NCBI GenBank assembly: GCA_002269645.1
Contig: NIVC01000106.1
Location: forward strand, 310,001-374,000
DNA: 64,000 bases
DNA from: Macrostomum lignano
Taxonomy: Eukaryota
Reading direction: 5' to 3'
The position numbers were made by a program, and so were the translations under genes. The notes under the pieces were generated by a model, which was not told where the DNA came from, searched no databases, and saw only the letters and a program-made list of their open reading frames with translations. How positions within the stretch are numbered: position 1 is the stretch's first letter; every line of letters starts with the position of its first letter. Of this stretch, positions 32,651 through 46,476 are shown piece after piece.

Positions 32651-34803
32651 TGTGACTTGGACTCGGATAGGACGCCATATGTCAGCTGAACGTCGGTTGT
32701 AATGTAAAAGTACATACTTTTAGACGCTGGATTGCTGTGCTGGTAACCTAACTGAACCCTACGGATTTGACCGACGACAGAGAGTACTGCTCGTCCTAAC
32801 GCGCGGTCCACTTCAGCCATTTCACTGCTGCTTTTTGCAGTTGTCATTCTGACGTTTTGATCGACTTAAAAAAATACAAATTGAATCAGTTTGCAAAAAT
32901 TATTGGCTAAAAAATTTACCGCCTAAGCTTTAATAGAGTTGAATTTTGCACCATATGTATTTTGATTTATTGTAGGTCAAAATCGATCCGAAAAAATGGA
33001 TTAGCAAACCAGCTCACATCTGAGCACACCAGCTAACAAGTGCAACAACACCCTAGGCAGTCGCTGACATCAAGGCTGTGAGGTCGCTGGCAGCAGCGGG
33101 TCCTGCTGGCCCAACAGAAGCTGGCGACAATTTAGGCCCAATAAAATAAACTGGGGAGGTCAGCTTCATGGAAATGGGCAGAGAGGGCAAGTTAAAGTGC
33201 ATGTATAGCGATGAAGCTGCACGCAGATTCCCATGATTCCCACAAAAGGCGCAGGCCAAGCAAGACTTGGGATTGGAAGATGGGGAAGCCTATCCAAGAA
33301 CATGCATCACGTGACCACTGAACAGACCATAAAACCGCCGCATAGGCAACCTGTGATGTCATCATACCAGTACAGCCGCGGTTGGCTGGGATGCGATGGG
33401 ACTTTGGGGAGCAGCGCTATCATAGCGTGCAAAAAAACAAAAAAGCAAAAAAAATTGGGCTTCAAATTGATTAAACAAATAATTACAAAAATCTTGGATA
33501 AGCAGGAGTAGGCGTAAGGAAAAACAAGCAAAGGTTTGGGTTGAGCTATTTTTTTAGTCAAAAGATGTACCGTCACGGAAAAATAGTTCGAAGAAAATCG
33601 GTTCAGCCATTTTTGCTAAAATCGATCGCTACCTAAGATTAGATAGATAGATAGATACCTACCGACAGACCATTTTTAGTATGGAAGATTCGCTCTCACT
33701 ACCACTAAATAAACATTGTTTTGTGTGCAGATTCCACGTCATTAAATATTTCCTCGTTGCTCCGTGCATCTGCAGTCGCGTGATTTGACGCCAGTTTTTT
33801 ATGGCAGTCTGAACGAGTCTTGAGAACTTTACGAGTACACGCTTTGGTGGGTCCAGGATCATGTTAGAGGTGATCGTTACGCGCACGTGGGGTCTCATAC
33901 TAAGGTCTTATGATTGGAAGAATTTGTTTGGCAATATTTAACATGACACAACATAACATATAACATTAACATACAATAACAAAACATAACTTAACACATT
34001 AACAAACAGGAGAAAATCGTGAATCCAGGGTGACAGGGTGACAATTATATGTTAAAGTTCGATAAGGCAAGGCTTATTTTTAGAAAACTTAATTGGGGTC
34101 AGAAGTCTCACCAAGAATGACAGAATTCAATGTGTATAGGTAACAGCGAACTAAGATACCCATAAATTTAAATATCATCTTTAATTTACATTTAATTCAC
34201 TGGGAATTAGCAATTTGATTCCATTAACTAGCTACACAAACACAATACGCAGGAAGACAAATTCAAATTCATGAAATTAGAAATATTATTAAGGTTTACA
34301 ATAAAACAGCAAATTAGAAAAAAACTGGGTTTGAAATAGCTAGTATCAAATAATTCTTCGTAGATTTCGACAGTTCTCAATAAAAAATCAAGACAGAGGA
34401 AACGGTGATCGATGAGGGATAATATGCGCTAATGCTGGATAGCTGAGTTACAAAAATTAGCAATATTCCACCCCACTTTTGAATACTCTGCAACATTATT
34501 TAGCAACAGAATCGATTGAACTAATCACAACCGGGATTTGCAATGCCAATAAAATAATTTAAATAAAATAATAATTTAGTTGCAACTTCTGGTGAATCGA
34601 ACACGAACAGTATAAGCACCGCCAATAAAAGGATCAGCATTTAAAAATCCTATTTAGCAGCATTTGTACAGAAACGTCAATCAGCAGCCCTCTTGCACAG
34701 AACCGACTTCATTACCTCTATTATGAAATGCCATGCCTATAGTAGCTACGAGCTAACAAATATTTACTATAGCGGCTGGCCTCATATGGTGGTTTAACCA
34801 TTT

Positions 34804-35166
34804 TTTTTATTAGAGGCAGGGGGGTTGTGTGCACCCTGGCGCACTTTAAGCGACATAGGCACACAACCGGCGAGAGGCATTACTGCCCATTCCGCCGACT
34901 CCCCTGAGCAGGCATACAAGCGCGCGGATACGTACGCAGGCACACACTCACACAGGAGTGTACAGCGGCCCTAACTTTATATTATCGTTAGGCATGTACA
35001 CTTCACTGCGCCTTGGGGGGTTGGCTCTCAAGGCCGTTAATTGCACGAGCAGAGCCAAGCCGAGATTCCAATTCAGCCCCAAATTAATGTGACTGCACTT
35101 GGAATCGAGCCTGGGTCGCTGGCACACCAGAGCAGCTGCGCTACCGCTGGGCTACGGCCATTTAAA
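34804..35166 (-). mobile_element. tRNA-derived SINE with an A-rich tail
   Basis: Minus-strand head TGGCCGTAGCCCAGCGGTAG...GGCTCGATTCC; poly(T) at the left end; 14-bp TSD TGGTTTAACCATTT (34790-34803 and 35167-35180). Confidence 0.8.
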
Positions 35167-35403
35167 TGGTTTAACCATTTAACAATTATTTAAGTTTTCT
35201 TACAATTTTACGAGAATATTCGCAATTTTACCACTTGTATTTCATTCCTAACTATAAAATGCTTCAATTCAAACTACTTGTAGTTATCTTCACTTACGGT
35301 TTTAAGCTTACTTTAAGCTAGCAACATAAACAACCAACCAAACATTACCAACAGAAACCTCCAGTGAAAAATACAGTCAGTTGGTTTGCCTTTAGCCTCA
35401 AAA

Positions 35404-37107
35404 TTACCTTCTTAACTTAAAAATGTTGGCTATTGCGTCAGAAAAGACAACACGATTTGTGCGACCAAAACTTGACAGCCGATCGAAAACCGGCCTGCTC
35501 TGAAATTGTTCGCAGATTGATAAAACTGACCGACTTGAACTATCTCTGTCCGTGAGACAGTCTGGTCCGAGCTCGTTCACCAGCCACTCGAGTGCTGAGC
35601 TGCTCACTTCATTGATAGCAGCACAGTGCACTGCAGTCTTGTTTTGCCTTCCTCTCAGCTTGAAACACTCGACTCCATTCATCTTCTCTTTGATGAACTG
35701 CATTGATTCCGCCTTCTGGAACTCAGCCGCAATGTGGATGACTGTGTCATTGTCTGCATCTCTGTCAGTGAGACAGTCTGGTCCGAGCTCGTTCACCAGC
35801 CACTCGAGTGCTGAGCTGCTCACTTCATTGAAAGCAGCACAGTGCACTGCAGTCACGTCTTGCCTTCCTCTCAGCTTGAAACACTCGACTCCATTCATCT
35901 TCTCTTTGATGAACTGCATTGATTCCGCCTTCTCGAACTCAGCCGCAATGTGGATGACTGTGTCATTGTTTGCATTTCTGTCAGTGAGACAGTCTGGTCC
36001 GAGCTCGTTCACCAGCCACTCGAGTGCTGAGCTGCTCACTTTATTGCATGCAGCACAGTGCACTGCAGTCTTGTTTTGCCTTCCTCTCAGCTTGAAACAC
36101 TCGACTCCATTCATCTTCTCTTTGATGAACTGCATTGATTCCGCCTTCTGGAACTCAGCCGCAATGTGGATGACTGTGTTATTGTTTGCATCTCTGTCAA
36201 GAAGACAGTCTGGTCCGAGCTCGTTCACCAGCCACTCGAGTGCTGAGCTGCTCACAGCATTGAAAGCAGCATAGTGCACTGCAGTTCTGTTTTGAAATCC
36301 ACTCATCTTGAAACACTCGACTCCATTCATCTTCTCTTTGATGAACTGCATTGATTCCGCCTTTTGGAACTGAGCCGCAATGTGGATGACTGTGTCATTG
36401 TTTGCATCTCTGTCAGTGAGACAGTCTGGTCCGAGCTCGTTCACCAGCCACTCGAGTGTTGAGCTGCTCACTTCATTGCAAGCAGCACAATGCACTGCAG
36501 TCATGTTGTTAATTCCTCTCAGCTTGAAACACTCGACTCCATTCATCTTCTCTTTGATGAACTGCATTGATTCCGCCTTCTGGAACTGAGCCGCAGTGTG
36601 GATGACTGTGTTATTGTTTGCATCTCTGTCAGTGAGACAGTCCGCTTCGAGTTCGAACATCAGCCATTGGAATGTCGATCCATGATCTGTGAGATTCTCA
36701 GCTGCCCTATGCATCACTGTTTTCTGCCTGCTATCTCTTGCTTCGAATGGGTTCCAGTCCGCTTCTGCTGCCTGCAGCTTCTGTTTCAGGAACTCCATCG
36801 TCTCCGCAGTCTGACTCTTTGCTGCCAGGTGAGTCACCGAGTCGCCATCGCTATCAACCAGCCGAAATATGTCGACCCCGTGCCCCATCTCCAGTAATCG
36901 AAGAACCGGCAGTCCGTCTCTGTCCCGAGCTGCAGCAAATATGACGCCTTTGGCGAAGTCTTCTCCAGGTCCGACGATGCTCTCGGACACCTGGAACAGC
37001 AGATCATCAGTCAGCCGTTCGTCTCCGGCTGCTACCGCCTGCTTGATCTGCCTAAAGAGATGCTGAGAGGCCTCGTATTCGCTGAACTCGCTGGGACTCA
37101 GAGCTCT
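35404..37107 (-). CDS. Ankyrin-repeat array protein, large exon; candidate upstream exons 41975-41967 (MAE) and 40443-40300
   Basis: About five near-identical 72-aa (216-bp) double-ankyrin units (TVIHIAA / TAVHCAA); TTTCAG acceptor at 37108. The upstream exons splice in phase 0 with open frames, but that model is tentative (about 0.4). Confidence 0.8.
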   Translation of the reverse strand, partial: RALSPSEFSEYEASQHLFRQIKQAVAAGDERLTDDLLFQVSESIVGPGEDFAKGVIFAAARDRDGLPVLRLLEMGHGVDIFRLVDSDGDSVTHLAAKSQTAETMEFLKQKLQAAEADWNPFEARDSRQKTVMHRAAENLTDHGSTFQWLMFELEADCLTDRDANNNTVIHTAAQFQKAESMQFIKEKMNGVECFKLRGINNMTAVHCAACNEVSSSTLEWLVNELGPDCLTDRDANNDTVIHIAAQFQKAESMQFIKEKMNGVECFKMSGFQNRTAVHYAAFNAVSSSALEWLVNELGPDCLLDRDANNNTVIHIAAEFQKAESMQFIKEKMNGVECFKLRGRQNKTAVHCAACNKVSSSALEWLVNELGPDCLTDRNANNDTVIHIAAEFEKAESMQFIKEKMNGVECFKLRGRQDVTAVHCAAFNEVSSSALEWLVNELGPDCLTDRDADNDTVIHIAAEFQKAESMQFIKEKMNGVECFKLRGRQNKTAVHCAAINEVSSSALEWLVNELGPDCLTDRDSSSRSVLSICEQFQSRPVFDRLSSFGRTNRVVFSDAIANIFKLRR

Positions 37108-37439
37108 CTGAAATCGGATTAGGCAGATAGTTATAATTAGGCTAGGGTAATTAAAGGCCTATGATATTGGCTGTGAAACTTAAGGACATATAGGTAAATT
37201 GGGAAGGGCAGAGCAGAAACATTTTCGCTCGGTTCGGTCGTGAGTGTCGTGCTATGTGACTGCAAAGTGGCAGAGCAGTTGTTTTCCGCTATCATGTTGA
37301 TGGGCTGCCGTGTCATCACCTGGCAGCCTTTCCGACTTTTTTCGACATGATCTTTGTAGGTAAAGCGCGATATATGAGAAAGCACCATTTCTGTTTGTCC
37401 GTTGCTCAACTTGGTGGTGCCGCTATCTACACTTCCTAT

Positions 37440-38330
37440 CAACGACGTCTACGAGTACTCTCTGCTTCGGCGGGGTGTATGCAGAAACTAGCAGAATTCG
37501 CGAGAGACAGCCGATGATATCGCCCTGCTGTCCTTTAACCTCTACGCGACAGGTGGTGCTTGGCATCACCCTTGTTGCCAACGGCTGTGCCGAAATCGGG
37601 ACATAGACTATTTGACAGTCGCTACGAACAACTTTGTTAGTTTTCCTAGGAGCCACGTTGAAATCAATCAGACCATGGCCGGGTTCCATTTGATTGCCGA
37701 ACTGCCACATGTCATTGGTGTTATCGACTGCACAAATGTCGCTATCAAGAGTCCAACTAACAATGAGTATGTTTTTGAGAACAGAAAATCGTTTTATTCT
37801 ATTAATGTTCAAGCTGTGTGCAGTGTCTCAATGTCATTCACGAACATTCTAGTACGCTGGCCGAGAAGTACACACGATTCTTTCATATTCAACAACTCTG
37901 CATTAAAGGAGATTCTATCAGAAGTGTTAGTGGCAGTATTCCTCGTCGGTGATAGTGGATATCCTCTGAGACCATTTCTCATGAAGGTTTTCGACACTCC
38001 AAAAGAGATGCAAGAGAGACCGACTTCAACCGGAGGCTGCGACAAACTCGGGTGAAAATAGAATGTTCATTCGGGATTCTAAAGTCTCGATTTTAATGCC
38101 TGAATCGTCATTCCGCAAGTCTCCGATTCCATCCGAGCAAGTTTTGCTTGATAATAAGCGCCTGTTTTGTGCTGCATAACATTGCGATCAACAGAGGAGT
38201 TCCACTGGTTGTGCCGATCCAGCCTGACATCAATGACGAACCGGAGGATGTTGGCGTCGATGATATTGGAGCTAGAAGAGCCGAGCGAATTCGCATCGTA
38301 CATTTGATACAACATGCAAGTAATCAGTAA
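37440..38330 (+). pseudogene. Degenerate PIF/Harbinger transposase (HARBI1-like)
   Basis: IGVIDCT, RKSFYSINVQAVC, WPRSTHDS, LVGDSGYP, then a frameshift to IECSFGILKSRF* ...ACFVLHN; in-frame stop near 38094. Confidence 0.85.
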
Positions 38331-39681
38331 AGAGGCCCTGGAGCTGGGCCATTGTGGGCACGAGGTTGGCGGCGCGGTTGTTCCGGATTTCGGTCTGGAG
38401 CTCGAGCGGGAGGCGGTTCCAGAGTGCGTAGACGCGGCTGTCGAGGGTGCACGCGAGCTCACCTAGGCGGAGTAGCTGGCCGGTAGCGAGTCGGAGGGCG
38501 TCGGTGTAATTCTCGAGCTCATCCAAGTCGGAGGCGGAGCTGCAGTGAAGAGCGAAAAGGATCTGGAAGAAGGCGTTTTTCTGCTCCTGGGCATCGGCGT
38601 AGTTGGCCTGGAGGACGCGGCAGGCTTCGGCGTAGGCGTTGGGCTGGCAAGCGTCGAGGGCGCCAAGCTTCCGGAGTGCCGAGCCAGAGTGAAGACCGCG
38701 GAGCGCCTCAAACTTATCGACGTCGTTGAGACTGGATTGGTCGACGCGGTAGAGGAAGGCGTTCCAGAACCCGGGGAATGCGGTTGGGTCGGTGCCGTCG
38801 AATGTCGGGAGACGAACCTTCTGGAGAACAGTGGAGTGGATTAGAGCGGCCGGATCGCTATCGCTGGTTGCGGACGACGACTCAGATTTCAGGGCAGGAT
38901 GGGAATTAGCGGCGAGCTGTTGTATGAGCAGCTGATTCTGCTGCATCATGGCGGTCATAGCGGTCAGGAGGGCGTTGATATCGACGGAGGCAGCGGGAGC
39001 TGCTGCAGGGATCGCAGTTGTGGAAGGAGCAGCGGGAAGAGCAGATGTCGCGGCTGCTGAAGCAGCAGGCGGCGGGTCACTGGCTTTGACGTGCGGCTGC
39101 TCCGCGTCGATTGGCGCTTCAGCAGAGGCTGTGCTGTGGTCGTTCTTGGACTGCTTGATCTGGTCGCCAGATAGGTCAGTTGTTGATCGCGTGATAACCA
39201 TGGTAATCCGGACGCTCTGCTACCAATTTGTAGAATAGATTCGTCGAGGAAGAGAGAGGAACCACGCTCTGCTACCAATTTGTGGAAGTTGACAATAAAC
39301 TAATATTGAACGAGCGGTTAGCGGGAAGGAATCAGTAGAAGAGAAGCAGAAGTGAAGGGCAGAAGCCGCGAGTTGAACTTGAATTTATACTAACACAGAG
39401 AACAGGGTAGCTGAAATGTCTGTGGCAAATTAACGGTTATGCTAGTCTGTGGGAAAAGCGTGGTAGACGAAGGGAGCCAGCTAACTGATAAGTACGAGTC
39501 TGTATTGCAAAACAGAAAGTAGAAATATTTGAAGGATGAAATCGCCAAGACCTCGAATTTGACAAACTTGCTCGGATAGCTAATGAAGTCAGTGTTGCTG
39601 CCTGCAAGATAGGTGAAGAATTTCTACTTTCTAGACAAGCAGGTCATTAACATGGAACTCTATCGCATCGCAGAACTGACA
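38331..39681 (-). mobile_element. 5' fragment of a BEL/Pao-like LTR retrotransposon (LTR 39281-39681, PBS, truncated gag)
   Basis: TGTCAG...CCACA LTR; TGGTAGCAGAG PBS (initiator-Met type); gag from ATG 39201 with DUF1759-like LPTFDG...FWNAF...DKFEALR...Y; ends abruptly against the Harbinger remnant. Confidence 0.8.
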
Positions 39682-41170
39682 CGGTGTCTTCGGCTGCGTC
39701 GACGGTCTCGCCCTGCTATTCTCAACAACAACAACAACAACTGTTCTCAACTAGTGATGAGGCGCTAACGAATGATGCTCGCCAATGGTGCCTCATTCCT
39801 TTGGTTATTGCGCTTGTACTTTGCTTCCACAGCTTCTACTTAATAATTAATAATATAACTACTTAATAATAATAAGTCAAAGACTTTCTGCCACCCAGCT
39901 CAGCCTCAGACACTTCGAGATGTTAAATCAGCAAGCAGTGCGACTTGATGAAATATTGGCTTTCATGCTGACCTGACATCCTTGATGCTGGATGCCATCA
40001 GAGTCCCATAACCATTTAAATATCTCGCTCGAGTGCAGGAAGGAAAGTCGCGTTGCAAGAACAGGACTTCAGGAAAGCTTGAATAAATAAGCAACGCAAT
40101 AATTGTACTTTATATCGACAATCATTTATTTATTTTGGATAAACGCAATAAAATATACTTATTACCAGTCAATGGGTAGTGGGTGCATAATGTACAGAGA
40201 AACAGCTTAATGATATTACGAGCTAAGTCGTAACCAAGTTACCAAGAACACAGGTGAGTCAACAATGACTAAACGCATCCAGTCTTAGCGCGTTCATACG
40301 CTGGTGTGACATGCTGAACTTCTCAACACTTCTTGCAAGTCGCTCAGGCAACAGCCGAATGGTTGACATATGATGTCATGTGATCGCCCTTGCGGATCAT
40401 GCAGGTCTGAAATGCTGCGACTCCGAGACGTCTCAAAGCGCCACTGAAATTCTTGTCATTGTCAACTTCGCGGCAGCTGTTGAGTACATCGCGCATAACA
40501 CAAAAAGCAGAAACTGCGGTGATTCTCAGCCAAAGATGCAAAAATTATATTTCGTAATATTGCAGATGGTGGACCCAAGTATAAGTACAAATCCTAAGAA
40601 AAAACTGCTTAGTTTTTTAATCTGAAAATGGATTCTGATTACCTCATCACTATGAGAAACCGTGTATTTAATAATGGCAATTATGTCGAATTTACGTAAA
40701 AATCAAAATACAGAACTTTGATACTTTTATAACTGTAGAGATGAGGTATTAAAAGAGCAAAGCGCACATTTTATGGATCAATTATGGAATAAGCTGAGCC
40801 GCTTCATCAAGCTCGCACTGGCGCAGTCACGGCTGTGAATGTTTTGTCAAAGTCTGGCGCAATCATCGAGCGAGCAAACTTTAAGTGACGCAACAGCGCA
40901 GTGCAAACTGCGTCAGCGCTGGCAAAAGTGCGCAATAAAATTCAGTAAATTTTGCACTGCGTTCAAAACGGAGCAGCGAATTAAAGGCGCCCGCCTTCGC
41001 CAGTGCGCGGTTGCGAGAGCGACTGCTGTTCTCAGGCTCTCAGGCTACAGCAGCCTGGCCAATTATCGTGGAGGAAGGGATGACGGCAGGCAGTAAGGGG
41101 AGCAAGACTGGATGATTGCGGTGATATTGAAGGTCAAACCTGAGCAAGATCTAATGAGTTTTGATTGCTT

Positions 41171-41865
41171 TGTAGAGGTTCATTCATTGAATGTTACTGT
41201 AAGTAGAACAATGCACACATTCGCAGCAAAGTTAAACTTAAACGTTACGCTCCAAAGATCTTAAGCTTGCTGGAGCAGCTAAGCGAGGCTACATCTCTGA
41301 GGGAAATAAATAGCGTTTGGTAAGCCTTTGTTCGAGTCTTCGTTATTTGATTATTGAGAGCGATTTTATTGCCGGCTATTACTGATCAGTTGAATTACTG
41401 AATTAATTGAATTTGAGGCCTCCCTATTCCTAAGGGATTGAATAGGATCTGCGGACCCTTTAAGGATTATCGATTTAATTGATTTTGATACCCTAGAGTA
41501 ACCGATAGGGGCACACGACTCCGATTCCGTTATTTCTAGAAGAAGACGCCCTTTCTGGAGGACGTCGTTATTGTTATGGAGTTGACTTTGTTATTAGGGC
41601 GCATCTCTGATAATTGACTTCTGCACTCGAGGAATTCTTCGACGTCGACGGATTAAATTGTAACGCTCTCACATTCGGCCGATTTTTAGAATTCAAGAAG
41701 ACTACTCCGGAGGAAGACTCCATAGAAGACTACGAGCCCTACGAACCTGCTCGACAAAGAAGAGGAGCCCGCACCCGTGAGTGATCACTGAATTTTGTTC
41801 CCAGGCTTGCGGTCTGGAAGTGAGAGTTTTCGTGTGACTGATCACCACCCGATTAAACTCTTCAG
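41171..41865 (+). mobile_element. Solo LTR (695 bp)
   Basis: TGTAGAG...CTCTTCA termini with 4-bp TSD GCTT (41167-41170 and 41866-41869). Confidence 0.7.
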
Positions 41866-42109
41866 CTTGATGGCTTGATAATTTTGATAGTTCTTGTAGA
41901 TAAATGCAAATATTCAATTTCTACAGCACGGCATACACAATAGACAGCCAGCTGCTTAGTACTCACCTCAGCCATGGAGCTGCACGAGTGCCTTCGGCTG
42001 CTCAAGGGCGGCTGAGTCGCTGCCGAGGTGCTGACAGAGCTGATGTGCTGCGTTGAGTTTGAGATGCGTCTGAGAATGGAGGTGGGACTTACGATGACGG
42101 TGGTGTACA

Positions 42110-42940
<831 letters not shown>

Positions 42941-43764
42941 GGCACTCACCGGTTACTCTTTGTGAACTGTGCTGTGAGGATTCAGAAGCAAAACAGTAAA
43001 GTTATGCCTGTAGCTTCTGTAGCTTCTCTGCTCCAAAAAGCCAATGCAGTCTAAGAAAATTCTCGAGTCTGCCTGAGGCCGATGTGAGCTGAGACGCTCC
43101 AAGAGGCCCCTTCTGCATCTCTTAAAGAGAAGCTCGAAACGAAGAAAGGCAGAAAAGAAGGCAGACAGAGAGAGCTGCAAGCAGATGGAGAACAATAGCG
43201 AGCTCAGCATCCATGCCCGCCTCTGTGCACCCAGCCTGATGAAGCTACTGTATTGAATTGAGCTGAATTGTTTTCAGATGCTCGGACAGGTAAAGGGCTG
43301 CCACTGCACTCATACGGTCTTGAGCATAGAGACAGCTCTCTAGCCCCCTATGCTGTTGCTAGGCAGCTCAGACCCCAACCTCACAGAGGTGGAATCGAGC
43401 TCGGAGACGGAGTGCTGGGGAAGGCGGGGACCCCAAAGGCATTGAACTGAATGGTCAATTGAAATGACAGCAATGCACAGTTTTAAAGCACAGTTGCACA
43501 GTTTTAATTTTGTACAAGCGATTCGGTAAGACTCGTGTTTTCATATTTGAAAAAATGTCGAAAACGCTGCTTGCTATTCTTGCTGTAGAGAAGTGTGCTG
43601 GCTGTCTAATGGTGGGTGCGTTAGATAAGGGGCAAGGGGCTGCAGGTCGGGAATGCAGGTTGTCTGTTAGATCACAACTAAGGCCCTTACAGTACATTTT
43701 TCATGTACTTGACTCTCTAAAGTAAAAAAGTAATGAATAGTCCCTACGGTCAGAATCAGGAATC

Positions 43765-44225
43765 GGAATTAGGGATCAGGATTGAGGATCAGGATTGGGG
43801 ATCAGGATTGGGGATCAGGATTGGGGATCAGGATTGAAGATCAGGATTGGGGATCAGGATTGGGGATCAGGATTGGGATCAGGATTGGGGATCAGGATTG
43901 GGGATCAGGATTGGGGATCAGGATTGGGGATCAGGATTGGGGATCAGGATTGAAGATCAGGATACTACTATGGACTGGCAGATGTGTTGATTTTGGGAGG
44001 GGGGTGGGTGTCAACCCTCCTCGCCTCTCATTGGCTGGCGCCCCGATCACTAGGTGATCGATACCCGTATCGATATCGGCGCTCGGCGCGCGCGCCGCAG
44101 GCGCGTGGCGCCAAGCGCCGTCCAGCCGCAGGCGCACCCTCCCGATATTAGATCCCAATAAATCAATCAGATCCCAAATCAATCAGATCCCAAATCAATC
44201 AGATCCCAAATCAATCAGATCCCAA
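43765..44225. repeat. Roughly inverted short tandem arrays, (GGGATCAGGATTG)n on the left and (AATCAATCAGATCCCA)n on the right, around a GC-rich hairpin
   Basis: Arrays at 43765-43960 and 44150-44225. Confidence 0.8.
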
Positions 44226-44987
44226 GCGCACCCTCCTGAGCCGCAGACGCCCATGCCGCAGGCGCCCCGAGTGTACACTCTCCCGAGCCAAAGGTACACT
44301 CTCCCCAGTACACTCTCCCCAGTACACTCTCCCGATATGTACACTCTCCCACTCTCCCGATATGGGTGTACACTCGCCCAATACAGGTGTACACTCTCCC
44401 GATATGTAGTCAACGATACGTACCCCGCAGGCACCCTATACCTCACGCCCTGCCCCCACCTAGCCTCTTCCCCTCTCTCACCCACATCTCAACTAGCGAA
44501 ATCGAACCCAGGTCGCGCCCATACTAGGCCACTACACGGTTTGGGGGTATAGGGAGCGAGAAGTTTTAACCCTGATGCTGACGCAGCCCTGTACAGTGAG
44601 CGTGTACGGGCAGAGAGGGGTGGGGCGGACAGAGAACCAGCCACTAGGTTGTTATACTGTTGAAGCATAGGGAGCGAGAAGTTTTAACCCCGATGCTGAC
44701 GCAGCCCTGTACAGTGAGCGTGTACGGGCAGAGGGTGGGTGGAAAGAGATGTGAATAACACAGCCTGCTGCAGGAGCCGGATAGAGAGGCGCATGCTAGG
44801 ACAGAGAGACAGTGTGAGTCACACACACACCCACAGAGAGAGCCGTACAGAGGATAGAGAGCTCCCTCCCCAGTTGCAGGGGACAGAGAGGCAGGCAGGG
44901 TATGCAGGGGCATGCGAACAGTCAAGGGGCCACGCGAGGATAGAATGGAGGAGCAGAGATGTGTATGGACAGAGAGCAGGCCACGCG

Positions 44988-46476
44988 TGCGTAGTGTGAG
45001 GGAACAGAAACATATGGAGCAGGAGGGAGATAGGAAGCAAACGCGCAGGGTAAGGGAGCCACACAGGGCGGTACAGTGAGACACGGGCAGGGGTGGAGCC
45101 GTGCGTGGACAGAGCTGAACGGCATGGTCAGCTGCAGGAATAGGATGATAGAGAGGCGCGGATAGGAGGGACAGAGAGCAGTGTGCAGGGGTAGGCAGCC
45201 ACGCTGGCAGGGAACAGAGGCGCGTGTAGCCAGTTGCAGCCCGGGACAGAGAAGTGTGAAGGGGGCCTGGGACAGAGTTCCGAGCAAGGCACAGAGAGGT
45301 AGGGTCCGGTAGCCATGTATAGACAGGGACCCACGCGAGGGCAGGACAGGGGAGTAGACATGCAAGTTGCATGCAAGGCCAGAGAGGTGTGCGCGGAGGG
45401 AGACAGAGAGCAGTGTGTAGGGGTAGGTAACAGCAAACTTTAGTAGAGGTGCGTGCGGGGACGGAGAAACCAGTCTGAGCGTACAGAGACGTTACAGAGA
45501 GGTACACAAACAGAGAACAAAGCGAGCAGAGCACATGTGTAGGCGCAGAGACGTGAGGGAGAATCGACCAAAACACGCTATGTATTATCAAAAGTTGGTT
45601 TTAGTGCAGCATATTTAATAGTGGGTAGTATAATAGTATGTACATAGTAGGTATAATGGTAGTAATAATAGTAAGTATATTAGCCCAAAAGGTAGGCTAA
45701 AACAGGCTAAACTGTGTGTACGCATCCTCATCACCCCACAAGCCCCCTCTCCCGCCAGATTCACTCTTCCAAACCCTCCTGTATTGCTGTATGAAGGAAA
45801 ATATAGTGTAAAAATACAGATGTTAACCGTCAGACCGCTGAAATCAGGGCACACTAGAGGGGGTTTCGGGGTCTGCATGCTCTATGTAAGCTGCTTGAGG
45901 AGGTTCCAAGGGCGTTGTGAGGGTTTCCATTATGTTTTGAAAAAACTAGGGGCTTAAATACAACGTTTTATTAAAAAAGTAGGTTATTTTAATGAAATAG
46001 CTGACACAATCATTGTCGAGAGTAGAAATTTTTATAAGAAACCAGGCATTTTAGCAAAAATAAACCTTCAAACCACATAAAATTGAATAAAAAGCAGACA
46101 TTTTCAATTATAAACCGCAAGTATTTTAATAGAAAAGTAAGCAAACAAGGCACAAAAGCAGCAAATTTTACCTTTTTTATTTTAATGTTACTGTTAAGGT
46201 AGAGAGTAGAAACTTGTGAGCTGTACGGAGTTAGAAAGTATTAACCATTATGTATCGTATGAATTATTAGTTCAGTACCAGCCATTGGTCAAGCGAGCAT
46301 TTATGAAGTTATTACGAGTGATGAAGGGATAGAGAGCTATATACAGGAAGACAGTATCCTTCTAAACCACCACGAACAGATTGCTAATACAGATAAGCTT
46401 TGTCTGTGTGCAGTATGAGTAAGCGAAGGCGGGGCAAATACTTTTCCACATGCCGGACAGAACAGTATTGTGCTAG
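44988..46476. repeat. Left TIR, outer verified part (pairs with 62512-64000)
   Basis: Constant coordinate sum 108988 (45615/63373, 45128/63860, 46471/62517); probably extends further left. Confidence 0.93.

Noticed and set aside
33040-33420. GC-richer segment that looks like decayed coding sequence
   Set aside because: Multiple stops and no recognisable motif.
35552-36897. Plus-strand ORFs over the ankyrin array
   Set aside because: Antisense shadows of the repetitive CDS.
42950-43150. Exon-like segment with a good GTGAGT donor
   Set aside because: Stops in all three frames; at best a 5' UTR exon of the ankyrin gene, so not called.
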